From positions 2,974-66,973 of the forward strand of contig JBDNFB010000227.1 in NCBI GenBank assembly GCA_041690055.1: DNA of 64,000 nt. The letters run 5' to 3'. The notes beneath the pieces are model-generated. The model had not been told where the DNA came from. It saw only the letters and a list, made by a program, of their open reading frames with translations, and did no database searches. Positions 30,401 to 39,385 of this stretch are shown one piece after another. The DNA is from Myxococcota bacterium (GTDB lineage Bacteria > Myxococcota_A > UBA9160 > UBA4427). Each line of letters begins with the position of its first letter. Positions within the stretch are counted from its first letter, which is position 1. The position numbers and the translations under genes were made by a program.

Positions 30401-33125
30401 CAATCGTATCCGTCACCTGAGGACGCATGCGTGCGATCCGGTTGAGGGCGCCGGCCAGCCGAGCATCATCGCCCATGAATATGCCGGTCTGCGCGAGTCG
30501 GGTAATCCGTCGCAGAACACCCAAGATCAAGGAAAGCCGCAGGCTCCGTCCCGGCTGACAAGCCAGAATCCGGAGCAGCGCCCGCCGCAGTGCATCCGAA
30601 GGCGAAAGATCCGTAATGCCGTAATGCGAGAGCGCCGCGCGAACCAAATCGAGGTACTCCTCGTCGATTCCCGCCCCCTCCGCTTCCACGCGCCGGATAT
30701 ACATACCGAGCCGAGCGTGATTCGAAGGTCCAGACTGGCCGGAAATCGAAGCGCTCGGTGCGCGAACGGAGAGGAGCTCTACGTCCGCGAAGGTTTCCAC
30801 TTCGTGCCGGATTTCAGCGAGTGCCCGCGTAAAGCTCTCCGAGAGATCCTCGGGCAGCGGCGCCTCAAGGAACGAAGCAAGCGCGTCCGCCCGATCGGGG
30901 TTCGCGTCGTAGCCGAGAAGCACCCGGCGAATCTCTTCGCGGGCAGCATCGATGGCGAGACGTCGATCACCCAGATCCGCATGATCCGCCGCGAGCAGAG
31001 CCGGCTCACCCAGCGGCCGCTCCTCGTTCGGTGAAAAGAGGAGCGCAATCGGATCCACTTGCTCCGGCAACCGCAGGCGCGTTCGAACCACGCTATCCGC
31101 GGCCTCTTCGCTCGACTCCTCGATCACAAGAATCATATCGCCGGCGGCAACCTGTTGACCCTTTTGGGCGATAACTTCCTTGATCGTCCCGCCCACGGGC
31201 GCCTGGAAGCCGATCTCCATTTTCATCGCTTCGAGCAGTCCCAGCGACTGCCCCGCCGTGACCGTATCGCCCTCGGCAACGTGAATCGCGACCACAACAG
31301 CGGGCGTGCTCGATCGGACCTGTCCCGCAGTTTGCGAGCTAAATCGGAGCGGATGGCCGTCGACTTCGAGACGCAAGCCGCGCTCGTTCGCGTCGTACTG
31401 AATCCGGCGCACGCGATCGTCGATGATCAAACGCGCGGCATGGTCGCCCTCTTCTCGCATCGTGGCGCCCACGGCGACACCTTCGAGATGTACGCGGTAG
31501 CGCCAGCTACCGATCGCGTAGACCTTGAGTCGATAACTCTCCGCCCCGAACGAGAGGTCGATTTGTTGACCTTTCGACGAGGGCGGTCGATCGCCGCTGG
31601 TATCCCCTCCGAAGATGCCTGTGCGCAGAGTCGCCCGGCTTCGCTGATAGGAGAGAATCGCCGCCGCGACGAGCGCGTCTCGTGCGAGCTCCGGATGGGT
31701 ATCCACGATGCTTGCGCGTTCGGCACTCCAGAAATCAAGCCAGCGTGTATCGACGCCGCCTCTCCGAAAATCGTCGCTCGCCAGGATATCGAGCAGATAC
31801 CCCTTATTCGTCGCTCCGCCCTCCACAATGAGTTCCAGATCCCGAAGTGCAGACGCGAGACGCGCGATCACATCACTCCGCTTCTCACCGTAGGTAATGA
31901 CTTTGGCGATCAGGGAATCAAAATCGGAAGAAATCACGGTGTTCGTCGTGACGCCGGAGTCGACGCGGGTATGTGGGCCTAATGCCGGCTCGAAGAGTGC
32001 GATGCGGCCTGGCGAGGGCAGAAAGCCTTCGTCCGGATCTTCGGCACAGACACGCGCTTCCATTGCGAAGCCGCGTCGCTCTACGGGGATCTCCGCGATC
32101 GACTCACCGCGCGCGATCCGAATCTGGATCTCGACCAGGTCGACACCGGCGATCAGCTCCGTGATGCCGTGCTCAACCTGAAGTCGCGGATTGACCTCAA
32201 GGAAGAAAAAATCCTCGCCCTTGATCAAGAACTCGACCGTTCCGACGCCGTAGTAGCCCACATGGCTCACGAGCTGGACCGCGGAATCTTCAAGGCGCGA
32301 AAGCAGCTCGTCGGAAAGACCGGGCGGCGGCGCCTCTTCGAGCACTTTTTGATGCCTTCTCTGCACGGAGCAGTCGCGGCAACCAAAGGACCGGGCAAAG
32401 CCATGCTGATCGGCGGCGACCTGCACTTCAATGTGGCGACCGCCCTGGACCATGGCTTCAATAAAGAGCGAGCCGTTACCAAAAGCCGCCATCGCCTCGG
32501 ATTCGGCGGACCGGAAGGCCTCGGCGATTTCGTCGCGCTTCTCGACCATTCGGATGCCGCGACCACCGCCACCCGCTGTCGCCTTGATCACGACGGGAAA
32601 ACCAATGCGTTCGGCATGCGCGAGTGCGTCGCGCTCATCCCGCAGCGCGCCGCCACTCCAGTCCGTCACGGGCACACCCGCGCGCTGCGCGAGTTCTTTC
32701 GATGTGATCTTGTCACCAAGCTGCCGCATGGCATCAGCCGGCGGGCCAAGAAAGAGGATGCCCTCGGCGTTCAGCCGGTCCACGAAGACGGGATCTTCTG
32801 CAACGAATCCCCAACCCGGCCACACCGCATCTGCCTTCGCTTCACGGAGCGCCGCCAGGACGCCATCATGATCGAGATAGGCGGCCACGGCGCCGTTCTC
32901 CGCCGAGAGTTCGACGGCGCGGTCCGCTTGCCGCACGTAGGGTGTGTTGCGATCGGGTGCTGTGAATAGGGCCACGACCTCGAGGCCGCCCCCTTCTCTT
33001 TCGCGGAGGCTCTTCGCCGTGCGAAGGCATCGGACGCCGGCCTCTCCCCGATTCACAATCGCCAGCCGCTCGATGCGGCGTGATTCGATTTGTCCCGGTC
33101 CGTTCGTGTCGCGCTCGTCACTCAT
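27483..33125 (-). CDS. Single-chain multidomain acyl-CoA carboxylase (BC-BT-BCCP-central-CT), ~1880 aa
   Basis: BC: NRGE, WPGWGF, GGGGRG, RDCSVQRRHQK, EVNPRLQVEH. Biotin site EAMKME. ~600-aa central region. CT: SSGAKI, LANLSGFDG, GGAYVV. Confidence 0.92.
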   Translation of the reverse strand: MSDERDTNGPGQIESRRIERLAIVNRGEAGVRCLRTAKSLREREGGGLEVVALFTAPDRNTPYVRQADRAVELSAENGAVAAYLDHDGVLAALREAKADAVWPGWGFVAEDPVFVDRLNAEGILFLGPPADAMRQLGDKITSKELAQRAGVPVTDWSGGALRDERDALAHAERIGFPVVIKATAGGGGRGIRMVEKRDEIAEAFRSAESEAMAAFGNGSLFIEAMVQGGRHIEVQVAADQHGFARSFGCRDCSVQRRHQKVLEEAPPPGLSDELLSRLEDSAVQLVSHVGYYGVGTVEFLIKGEDFFFLEVNPRLQVEHGITELIAGVDLVEIQIRIARGESIAEIPVERRGFAMEARVCAEDPDEGFLPSPGRIALFEPALGPHTRVDSGVTTNTVISSDFDSLIAKVITYGEKRSDVIARLASALRDLELIVEGGATNKGYLLDILASDDFRRGGVDTRWLDFWSAERASIVDTHPELARDALVAAAILSYQRSRATLRTGIFGGDTSGDRPPSSKGQQIDLSFGAESYRLKVYAIGSWRYRVHLEGVAVGATMREEGDHAARLIIDDRVRRIQYDANERGLRLEVDGHPLRFSSQTAGQVRSSTPAVVVAIHVAEGDTVTAGQSLGLLEAMKMEIGFQAPVGGTIKEVIAQKGQQVAAGDMILVIEESSEEAADSVVRTRLRLPEQVDPIALLFSPNEERPLGEPALLAADHADLGDRRLAIDAAREEIRRVLLGYDANPDRADALASFLEAPLPEDLSESFTRALAEIRHEVETFADVELLSVRAPSASISGQSGPSNHARLGMYIRRVEAEGAGIDEEYLDLVRAALSHYGITDLSPSDALRRALLRILACQPGRSLRLSLILGVLRRITRLAQTGIFMGDDARLAGALNRIARMRPQVTDTIADAALEASYVIFQEPGIEERAKRSSSTVEEWLAVAEMDAVAPPGDVLLEVASSPRMVFERVGRWIGGEDSNRRAIALAAHVQRRYAPSTPEAYRAVRVDDEPIHCVEYRGKGVVLAATGEASELGVWMDRLMRGAATLLERDPGTPITALEFLIPATSEEERAGGLDWDETLGEIETAYADVDFGWRITVGLLTSDGEGDVYRTLVRREGQIERAYEHHDLHPETAGRIALDRYAAFDLDRLQSEEGIYAFHGRARNAPGDERIFVLADARDRSPEPGRELSHHLGTFERVFNRAARRLRTILQTNDPRRRLQWNRIAIFVAPEVFVDAEVASDVARRLAPATRHLGLEKVIVKLNRLDRENPDEPAEACELVISDTGEQLETTWRNPHHAPLAPAQEYERKVVAARRRRLIYPYEIVKMLTGETSEGERTEGSFEEFDLDPESKTPRAMSVASRPPGQNTSAVVFGLIRTPTEKVPEGMQRVLVLSDPTMGMGALSAPECDRLVAAFDLAEKEGVPLEWVPVSSGAKIAMDSGTENLDATARVVRRIVTFTQTGGIVHIIVQGVNVGAQSYFDALSTMLMHTRGVLIMTQNASMVLTGRAALEASGAVSAEDEIAIGGFERIMGPNGEAQYYARNLADAYRILYEHYRFTYVVPGEAGPRAFATEDPRARSIGEMTIGETDADGLKTVGELFDDETNPGRKRPFAMRAVMNALVDQDGGYLERWNAWVGAETAIVWDAHVGGQPVLLIGIESRNVPRDGYHPADGPESWNGGTLFPQSSKKVARAINSASGNRPVVVLANLSGFDGSPESLRKIQLENGAEIARAVVNFAGPIYFAVVSRYHGGAYVVFSQELNDEMKAVALSGSYASVIGGGPAAAVVFSREVRAQALDDPRVKDKTEQARRHPTEEHRAELEDVLTEVTLEKQASVAAEFDAVHNVNRAREVGSLSEILDPSDLRAAVIHSLEASLSGR

Positions 33126-33133
33126 AGCCAGGT

Positions 33134-33964
33134 CTACTCCGCCGCTGCTTTGGGGCTGACTGAATCCATCACGTGATCCGTCAAGATCATTTCGCTTCCC
33201 GCATTCGTTTCGCTTCTCATATCCGTTCCTGTTCTCACACCCGCTCCTCTTCTCACATCCAAAGTCGGCGTCATTGCGAAGGCAACGAAGCGACCGTGAT
33301 GCGATAAAGAAAGAGACAGAGAAGTACATCCACCGTCGAGCTCGACAGTCGGAATCTTCCCGCACCGACCAATCGAGAGTCGATCGACCTCGACTCCCAG
33401 GTTCCGCCCGATCTCGCGCACAGCAAGTATGCGCACCGCAACACTCGGATCGGTGGAGGCGGGGGCAGGGGCAGGGGCAGGGGCAGGGGCGAAGTTGAAA
33501 GAGACGGGCGACCGCTCCTCGACCGAAAAGACAAGCGCATCCCAGTCAGAATCCACAGGCAGCGCAATCACATGCACCGATTGCGCCGACTCGTAGCTTC
33601 GAATTTCGAGCTCCCGCGCGTGAGGGGCAGGCAGGACCATCCGCCCGCGGCGCTCCACCCAACTCGTTTGCGCGGAAATCGCTGAGGACGCCGAAGCATG
33701 TATCGACCCTGAGACCATTTCCGCTGGTTCGAAACGCGCGGTGAGCTGAATCGGAGAGAACACGAAATGCGGATCGAGCTGCCGGGCCAGCTTGTAGGCC
33801 GCTTCTTTCGCGCCCCAATGCGCCCATCGGCAGGCCAGTGACGCCGCATCGCGGGCAATCACGCGCCGCTCTTCGGCGGAGAAAACGCGTTCGTCAAAGC
33901 GCGGTCGAAAGGTCTCGGGACGCGCGTCGATATCTTCGAGGTCGATGACATCATTGCCGAGCAT
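33134..33964 (-). CDS. 4'-phosphopantetheinyl transferase
   Basis: GNDVIDL, WGAKEAAYK, SLSLSHHGRFVA. Confidence 0.9.
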   Translation of the reverse strand: MLGNDVIDLEDIDARPETFRPRFDERVFSAEERRVIARDAASLACRWAHWGAKEAAYKLARQLDPHFVFSPIQLTARFEPAEMVSGSIHASASSAISAQTSWVERRGRMVLPAPHARELEIRSYESAQSVHVIALPVDSDWDALVFSVEERSPVSFNFAPAPAPAPAPASTDPSVAVRILAVREIGRNLGVEVDRLSIGRCGKIPTVELDGGCTSLSLSLSHHGRFVAFAMTPTLDVRRGAGVRTGTDMRSETNAGSEMILTDHVMDSVSPKAAAE

Positions 33965-34775
33965 CGAAATAATCTTCCTCCATCCGAATCAATTGACGAA
34001 CAATTTGCTGTGCCAGATCGCGCGAGCGGCGCACACCCTTCGCATCACTCTTGGGTTCAATCGCCGTCAGCGCGACTTCCACCGTGTCGCCCTTCGCCGG
34101 AAAGTCGCCCCAGGTTTCCTGGTTGCGGCCGCGCATATAGACGCAGAGCACGCGACAGCCCGGGATTGACCCGACGATACGCCCGACCCCCCAAGCCGCT
34201 GCCCGCTCTTCGACACGACCGCTTCGACTCCGACCGGCTTCCGGAAAAAGCAGCGCCGTCTCTCCTTTCGCAAGCAGAAACTTCACGCGCTCAAGCACAT
34301 CGCCCACATCTTCCCGCGCGCCGCCGCGCGTGATCGGGATGCATTTCGCGATGAAGAGCAGAAGACGCGCGAAGACGGTTTTCCCGAAATTCGTGCTCTC
34401 CGGGGTATTCCAAGGCAGCTCATCCGGATTCTTCAGCCAGTACGTGCCCGACCCAAGCGCCCATGCAATGATGAACGAATCCACCAGCGTGAGATGATTC
34501 GCACAGACCAGCAGAGGCCCATCCGATTGCGCACGGATCTGCTGATACTCACGGCGAATCCGCCGAACGTCTGCGATGCGATAGCGGAACCAGAGGCGCA
34601 TCACAACGACGCTCACGCCAACCCAAATCGGTCCAGCGATCATACTCACCGCACGCTGTCTCGCGTGGGCGCGCACCATCTCGGGATGCGAGTCGCTGGT
34701 TTTCTCGACCAGCTTCGCGCGTGCCCGGCCCGGATCAAGTTCTCCGGGATCATCGCTGGAAACGCTTTGGGTCAC
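33951..34775 (-). CDS. PlsC-like (1-acyl-glycerol-3-phosphate) acyltransferase
   Basis: NHLTLVD (HxxxxD) and LFPEAGRSR. Confidence 0.85.
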   Translation of the reverse strand: MTQSVSSDDPGELDPGRARAKLVEKTSDSHPEMVRAHARQRAVSMIAGPIWVGVSVVVMRLWFRYRIADVRRIRREYQQIRAQSDGPLLVCANHLTLVDSFIIAWALGSGTYWLKNPDELPWNTPESTNFGKTVFARLLLFIAKCIPITRGGAREDVGDVLERVKFLLAKGETALLFPEAGRSRSGRVEERAAAWGVGRIVGSIPGCRVLCVYMRGRNQETWGDFPAKGDTVEVALTAIEPKSDAKGVRRSRDLAQQIVRQLIRMEEDYFDARQ

Positions 34776-34812
34776 ACAGTTCCTCTGCCTACCGCTCTGC
34801 TTTCAGATCCGT

Positions 34813-35058
34813 TTAGAGCTTGCCCGAAATCAGATTGACAGCATCGCCCACGGTGTTCACCAGATCGACATCTTCGTCGGCGATTTCGATATCGAAATCA
34901 TCTTCGAAGGCGATGACCACATCCACGAGACGAGCCGAGTTCACCTTGAGGTCTTCGAGAATATTCGTCTCCATGCCCACCTTGCCGAGCGCGGCTTCGT
35001 CCTTGACCCAAGGCGTAAGAATCTTGACGACGCGCTCCATGACTTCCGATTGTTCCAT
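34813..35058 (-). CDS. Acyl carrier protein (atypical NSA motif)
   Basis: Acidic, 81 aa; EDLKVNSARLVDVVIAFEDDFDIEI...TVGDA; AAGGAG RBS. Confidence 0.9.
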   Translation of the reverse strand: MEQSEVMERVVKILTPWVKDEAALGKVGMETNILEDLKVNSARLVDVVIAFEDDFDIEIADEDVDLVNTVGDAVNLISGKL

Positions 35059-35081
35059 TTTTGCAGCTCCTTCTTTGGTCT

Positions 35082-35131
35082 GACCGTTTGACCCGACCGT
35101 TGACCCGACCGTTGACCCGACCGTTGACCCG
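35082..35131. repeat. 12-bp tandem repeat x4 between the KS and ACP genes
   Basis: gaccgttgaccc x3 plus one degenerate copy. Confidence 0.85.
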
Positions 35132-35219
35132 GCAGAGGGGTCCGACAGAGTGGTTCGAAAGAGCCGCTCTGACTAGACCCTAATCCATTCGCACGAATGC
35201 GAAGCCCATCTCGTTCGCG

Positions 35220-36512
35220 CTACGCCTTGTAGCGCTTGAATACCAGACAAGCATTGACGTCACCAAACCCAAAACCGGCTTTCACCAGCACATCGAGATC
35301 CGGCATTTCTCTCATCACATGCGGAATCGAAGCCGCATGCTTTTCAATCTCGGGATGCACATCTTCGCAGTTGATCGAGGGGTGCACGAAACCGCGCATG
35401 ACCATAAGCGCCGAGGCCACGGATTCGATTCCGCCAGCCGCGCCAAGGGCATGCCCAATCATGCTCTTTGTGGCCGTGATGGGTGGAAGCTCGCCCGGTC
35501 CGCGACCCAGCGCCCGTTCCCAGGAGCCCACTTCTTTGGGATCCGCTCCGGTTGCCGTCAGATGCCCGTTGATTGCGTCGACTTGATCCGGCGTGACGCC
35601 CGCGTCGGCCAGCGCTTCCGCGATGCATCGTTGAACGCTCGTCGGATTCGGCGAAGTCATGCTGCCACCCATACGGTGACCACCACAGTTGACGCCGCTA
35701 CCCGCGACCTCCACGTGAATGCGTGCGCCGCGCGCAAGCGCACTTTCGAGACTCTCGACCAGGACCACGCCCGCACCCGATCCAGGAATAAATCCGCCCG
35801 CCGAAGCGGAAAGCGGCCGCGACGCTTTTTCGGGATCGTCATTCGAACCACGGTTCAACACGCGCATGGCGTCAAAGCCGGCCCAGATATAGTGGCTCGC
35901 CGCCTCCGCCCCACCGCAGAGCATCCGGTCGGCAAGGCCCGCTCGGATCCGTTCCATTCCCATCGAGATCGCCTCGGTGCCCGTGCTGCAAGCGCTCGAG
36001 TTCGTGGTCACCTGATTACCGAGTGCGAGTTGGCCGGAGATGCGTGCGGAAATTCCGCTTGCCATCACCTGCTCCACCGCCGTCGAACCCATGCGACGCA
36101 CTTTGCCAGCGTTCGTCATCGGCACGACGCGTTCGGCGATCGTATCCATGCCGCCGATACCCGTGCCGAGAATCGCGCCGGATCGCCAATCGACTTCTTC
36201 CGAATCCGCGGCCGGGCGTTCGAGGCCTGCGTCTTCCCAGGCTTCGATCGCGGCGAGGCTCGCGTAGCGCTGATTCAGATTCATTCCGAGGAGTTCTTCC
36301 TGAGTGAACTTCTTCTCGCAGAGTGCGTCGACGCCTTCGGGTGTGCCCGCCACGGTGCAGCCGAACTTCGCCTCGGCCATCTTTTCCTGATGCCTCAGTC
36401 CGGACTTGCCCGCGCGCAGCGCTGCTTCGAATTCGCTAACGCCGACTCCGTTCGGAGCCACAACACCCAGCCCCGTAATGACCACGCGCTTCTTTTCACT
36501 CGCTCCGCTCAT
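35220..36512 (-). CDS. Beta-ketoacyl-ACP synthase (FabF/FabB family)
   Basis: RVVITGLGVV; catalytic triad SSACSTG / INGHLTAT / KSMIGH; GFGFGDVNA. Confidence 0.93.
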   Translation of the reverse strand: MSGASEKKRVVITGLGVVAPNGVGVSEFEAALRAGKSGLRHQEKMAEAKFGCTVAGTPEGVDALCEKKFTQEELLGMNLNQRYASLAAIEAWEDAGLERPAADSEEVDWRSGAILGTGIGGMDTIAERVVPMTNAGKVRRMGSTAVEQVMASGISARISGQLALGNQVTTNSSACSTGTEAISMGMERIRAGLADRMLCGGAEAASHYIWAGFDAMRVLNRGSNDDPEKASRPLSASAGGFIPGSGAGVVLVESLESALARGARIHVEVAGSGVNCGGHRMGGSMTSPNPTSVQRCIAEALADAGVTPDQVDAINGHLTATGADPKEVGSWERALGRGPGELPPITATKSMIGHALGAAGGIESVASALMVMRGFVHPSINCEDVHPEIEKHAASIPHVMREMPDLDVLVKAGFGFGDVNACLVFKRYKA

Positions 36513-37000
36513 TGCGGTACTCCCATCCCCGAAAGTTCTCCGGAACACACAACGGTTCCGTCATCGGTCTTCATCTCGAACGAAGCGCGCAATTTTTTGC
36601 GACGCCAGAATTTGATCCGCCCCGTCGTCGTCACACGATCGCCCGGCTTCACCGTGCCTGAAAAGTCGATATTGCAATCCGTGAAGATCGTCAGCAGCTT
36701 GCCGACCTCTTCACGCGAGGTGTCGCGGGCGTAGAGAAAAATCCCGAACGCAACCACCCCCGCCTGCGCCGCAGTCTCAATCAAAATCACGCCGGGCGTA
36801 ATCGGATTCCCCGGGAAATGGCCCCGATAGAAATCCGCTTCCGGCGAGAACGTATACCGCGCAACGATATGCTCCTCGTCGAGTTCCACAATCTCGTCGA
36901 TGAACCGAAATGGTTCCTGTTGCGGAACCATTCCCAGTACTTCTTCGGGGGAGAGGATGTCGCCTCCAGGAGCGGCTGCATCCGCGGCTTTATCCGCCAT
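36509..37000 (-). CDS. 3-hydroxyacyl-ACP dehydratase, FabZ-like
   Basis: PQQEPFRFIDEI and FYRGHFPGNPITPGVILIE (His...Glu). Confidence 0.9.
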   Translation of the reverse strand: MADKAADAAAPGGDILSPEEVLGMVPQQEPFRFIDEIVELDEEHIVARYTFSPEADFYRGHFPGNPITPGVILIETAAQAGVVAFGIFLYARDTSREEVGKLLTIFTDCNIDFSGTVKPGDRVTTTGRIKFWRRKKLRASFEMKTDDGTVVCSGELSGMGVPQ

Positions 37001-37748
37001 ACATGCCTCCGTTCACGTGGAGGACACTACCGTTGATATAGCTACCGCGCGTCGCAAGGAAACCCACCACGTCGGCGATCTCGTCTGCTCTACCCGTTCG
37101 TCCGATCGGAATCTTCGCCAGGATGGCTTCCTTGATTTCCTCGGGTAGTTCTTCGGTCATCTCCGTATCGACGAAGCCCGGCGCGATCGCGTTCACCAAG
37201 ATGTCCCGGCCCGCGAGTTCTTGTGAAAGCGATTTCGTAAAAGCGTCGAGTCCCGCCTTCACCATCGTGTACGGAATCTGTCCCGCATTGCCGGTATGCC
37301 CAACGACGCTTGAAATATTGATGATGCGACCCGTTCCCTTGCGCAGCATGAAGCGGCGCAGCACGAGCTTCGTGAGATACCACGTCCCTCTCGCCACCGC
37401 GGCCACCGAATCATATTGATCAAGATTCATAGCGAGCATCGGCGCGTTCACGTTGTAGCCCGCGTTATTCACAAGCACATCCACGCGACCCTCCGCACCC
37501 TTCAGTTCCTTGACCAGCGCATCAAGGCTCTCCGAATCCGTCAAATCCGCCTTGATCGTAAACGCACCACCACCCGTCGAGGCGAGTTCCGCCGCAAGTT
37601 TTTCCGCCGTCTCTTCGCTCGATCGGTAATGAATCCCGACGCGGAAGCCGTCCGCCGCCAGCTGCCGGCAACACGCGGAACCAATTCCCGTTCCGCCACC
37701 CGTTACGAGGGCGACGGGGGTTTCTTCGTTCGCAGCGCTCTCGCTCAT
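36990..37748 (-). CDS. fabG: 3-oxoacyl-ACP reductase, FabG-like
   Basis: TGGGTGIG, NNAG, NISSVVG..GNAGQ.PYTMVK, APGFVDTEMT, VNGGM. Confidence 0.88.
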   Translation of the reverse strand: MSESAANEETPVALVTGGGTGIGSACCRQLAADGFRVGIHYRSSEETAEKLAAELASTGGGAFTIKADLTDSESLDALVKELKGAEGRVDVLVNNAGYNVNAPMLAMNLDQYDSVAAVARGTWYLTKLVLRRFMLRKGTGRIINISSVVGHTGNAGQIPYTMVKAGLDAFTKSLSQELAGRDILVNAIAPGFVDTEMTEELPEEIKEAILAKIPIGRTGRADEIADVVGFLATRGSYINGSVLHVNGGMYGG

Positions 37749-38338
37749 CGCTCCATCCTTCCGCCCCGGGAATGCTCGCTCTCGTTCGGATAATCCGGAT
37801 AGTCGATGTCTTTAAAGAGCCCCACCCGTGCGCCCTTGACCGTATAGATCTCTACATCATCGATCAAAACCTGTGCGTCGCCGATCACCATCGCCGCACC
37901 GGCCTTCTTGAGTTCCGTGTACCGCTTGATCTGAAGCTCGTATCGCATGACGCCGTCGAAGGGCCGGATCTGACCGAAGAACTCCACTTCACCGCAACCG
38001 AGCGCACGGCCGGCACCTATGCCGCCGCGCCAATTGCAGTAGAAACCAAGCAGCTGCCAAACGCCGTCGAGTCCGAGGCATCCCGGCTGAACCGGATCGC
38101 CGATAAAATGACAGTGGAAGAACCAGTCATCGACGCGGACGTCACGGGAGGCACTCACTGTTCCACGACTCTTGTCGGCGGTAATCGATTCGACGCGGTC
38201 CACCATGAGCATAGGCGGCACGGGCAAGCGCGCGCAAAACCCTTCCGGCGGATCATCGATCAAACGACCGTATGCAAACGCGAGCAAATGCTGCTGCGTA
38301 AAAGAGTCGCGGGTGGTGAATTCAGCGTGAGACAGCAT
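37745..38338 (-). CDS. fabA: 3-hydroxyacyl-ACP dehydratase/isomerase FabA
   Basis: LP.PPMLMVDR, WFFHCHFIGDPVQPGCLGLDG (His...Asp), GRALG.GEVEF.GQI.P. Confidence 0.92.
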   Translation of the reverse strand: MLSHAEFTTRDSFTQQHLLAFAYGRLIDDPPEGFCARLPVPPMLMVDRVESITADKSRGTVSASRDVRVDDWFFHCHFIGDPVQPGCLGLDGVWQLLGFYCNWRGGIGAGRALGCGEVEFFGQIRPFDGVMRYELQIKRYTELKKAGAAMVIGDAQVLIDDVEIYTVKGARVGLFKDIDYPDYPNESEHSRGGRMER

Positions 38339-38370
38339 CGTCGATCGGTTTCCCTTGCCTAAGTATCAGT

Positions 38371-39363
38371 CTAAACATCATGAAATCGCATCAAATAACT
38401 TCCCCAGGTCAGACCAGAGCCGACGCCAACAACGCAAAGATCGTCGCGCGGCGTCCATTTATCCCAGCGCTGGGAAATCACACTTCCCGAGCTCGCGCCG
38501 GCTGTGTTTCCGAAGAGTTCGACATTCGAATGATGGAGATCGTCTGGCACATCGCATCGCCGACACACGGATTCGAGCATCCGCAGGTTTGCTTGATGAC
38601 CGATGAAATGAAAATTGCGCGTTTCCTCGAGATGTTGCTCGCGGCTCGCAAGCAGAAGATCAGAAGTCTTCCGAATCGCGAAGGTCTGGACCGTGCGGCC
38701 TTCCTGGCGGAAATGCCCGATCCGCGGCACGACCACCTTCTCATGACCGGCAGGGTCGGAAATTAGATTCGAGTGCACGATCTCGGCGACACCGCGCTGC
38801 TTGGTCGAGAACACCGCGGCCAGCGCACCATCGCCCCAAAGCACCGAAGCCGTCCGATCGCTGTAGTCCACCGTCTTCGTCATGGGCTCGGCGGTCACGA
38901 CCAATACAATATCGGGCAGCTTCGCTGGATCCATCATCGAAAGCATGTAGACCGCGGCAATAAAACTTGAACATGCCGAATTTACGTCGAGACTCGCCGA
39001 TTGCACTCCGAGCAACGCGCCCACATTGCACGCCTCCGCCGGCGATGTCGTATCAGGTGCACAGCCGCCGCCCAGCATGAGTCCCACATCGGAAGCATTC
39101 ACGCCCGCTCGTTCGAGTGCCATGTTCGCCGCGTACGCGCCCATCTGTGCATTCGAAATTTCGGCGGCTTCGATCGCGGCCGCCGGATCGGCGTTCCGAG
39201 TCGTCCGGATATAGTCGAGCGGCAGAGTCGTACGACGACTCCGAATCCCAGTCCGCTCAAGAATCCACTCGTCATTGGTCCCAATGTCGAGGTCCTCGAG
39301 GAACTGATTCGTGATCTCGTTCTCGGGATGGAAATGCCCAATCCCCAGCAGATTCAAGCTCAC
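38371..39363 (-). CDS. fabH: Beta-ketoacyl-ACP synthase III (FabH family)
   Basis: WILERTGI..RR; triad SACSSF / HQAN / GNTAGAS; GDGA; GSGLTWG. Confidence 0.9.
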   Translation of the reverse strand: MSLNLLGIGHFHPENEITNQFLEDLDIGTNDEWILERTGIRSRRTTLPLDYIRTTRNADPAAAIEAAEISNAQMGAYAANMALERAGVNASDVGLMLGGGCAPDTTSPAEACNVGALLGVQSASLDVNSACSSFIAAVYMLSMMDPAKLPDIVLVVTAEPMTKTVDYSDRTASVLWGDGALAAVFSTKQRGVAEIVHSNLISDPAGHEKVVVPRIGHFRQEGRTVQTFAIRKTSDLLLASREQHLEETRNFHFIGHQANLRMLESVCRRCDVPDDLHHSNVELFGNTAGASSGSVISQRWDKWTPRDDLCVVGVGSGLTWGSYLMRFHDV

Positions 39364-39385
39364 CTGCTTACCCTCGCCGTTCCGG

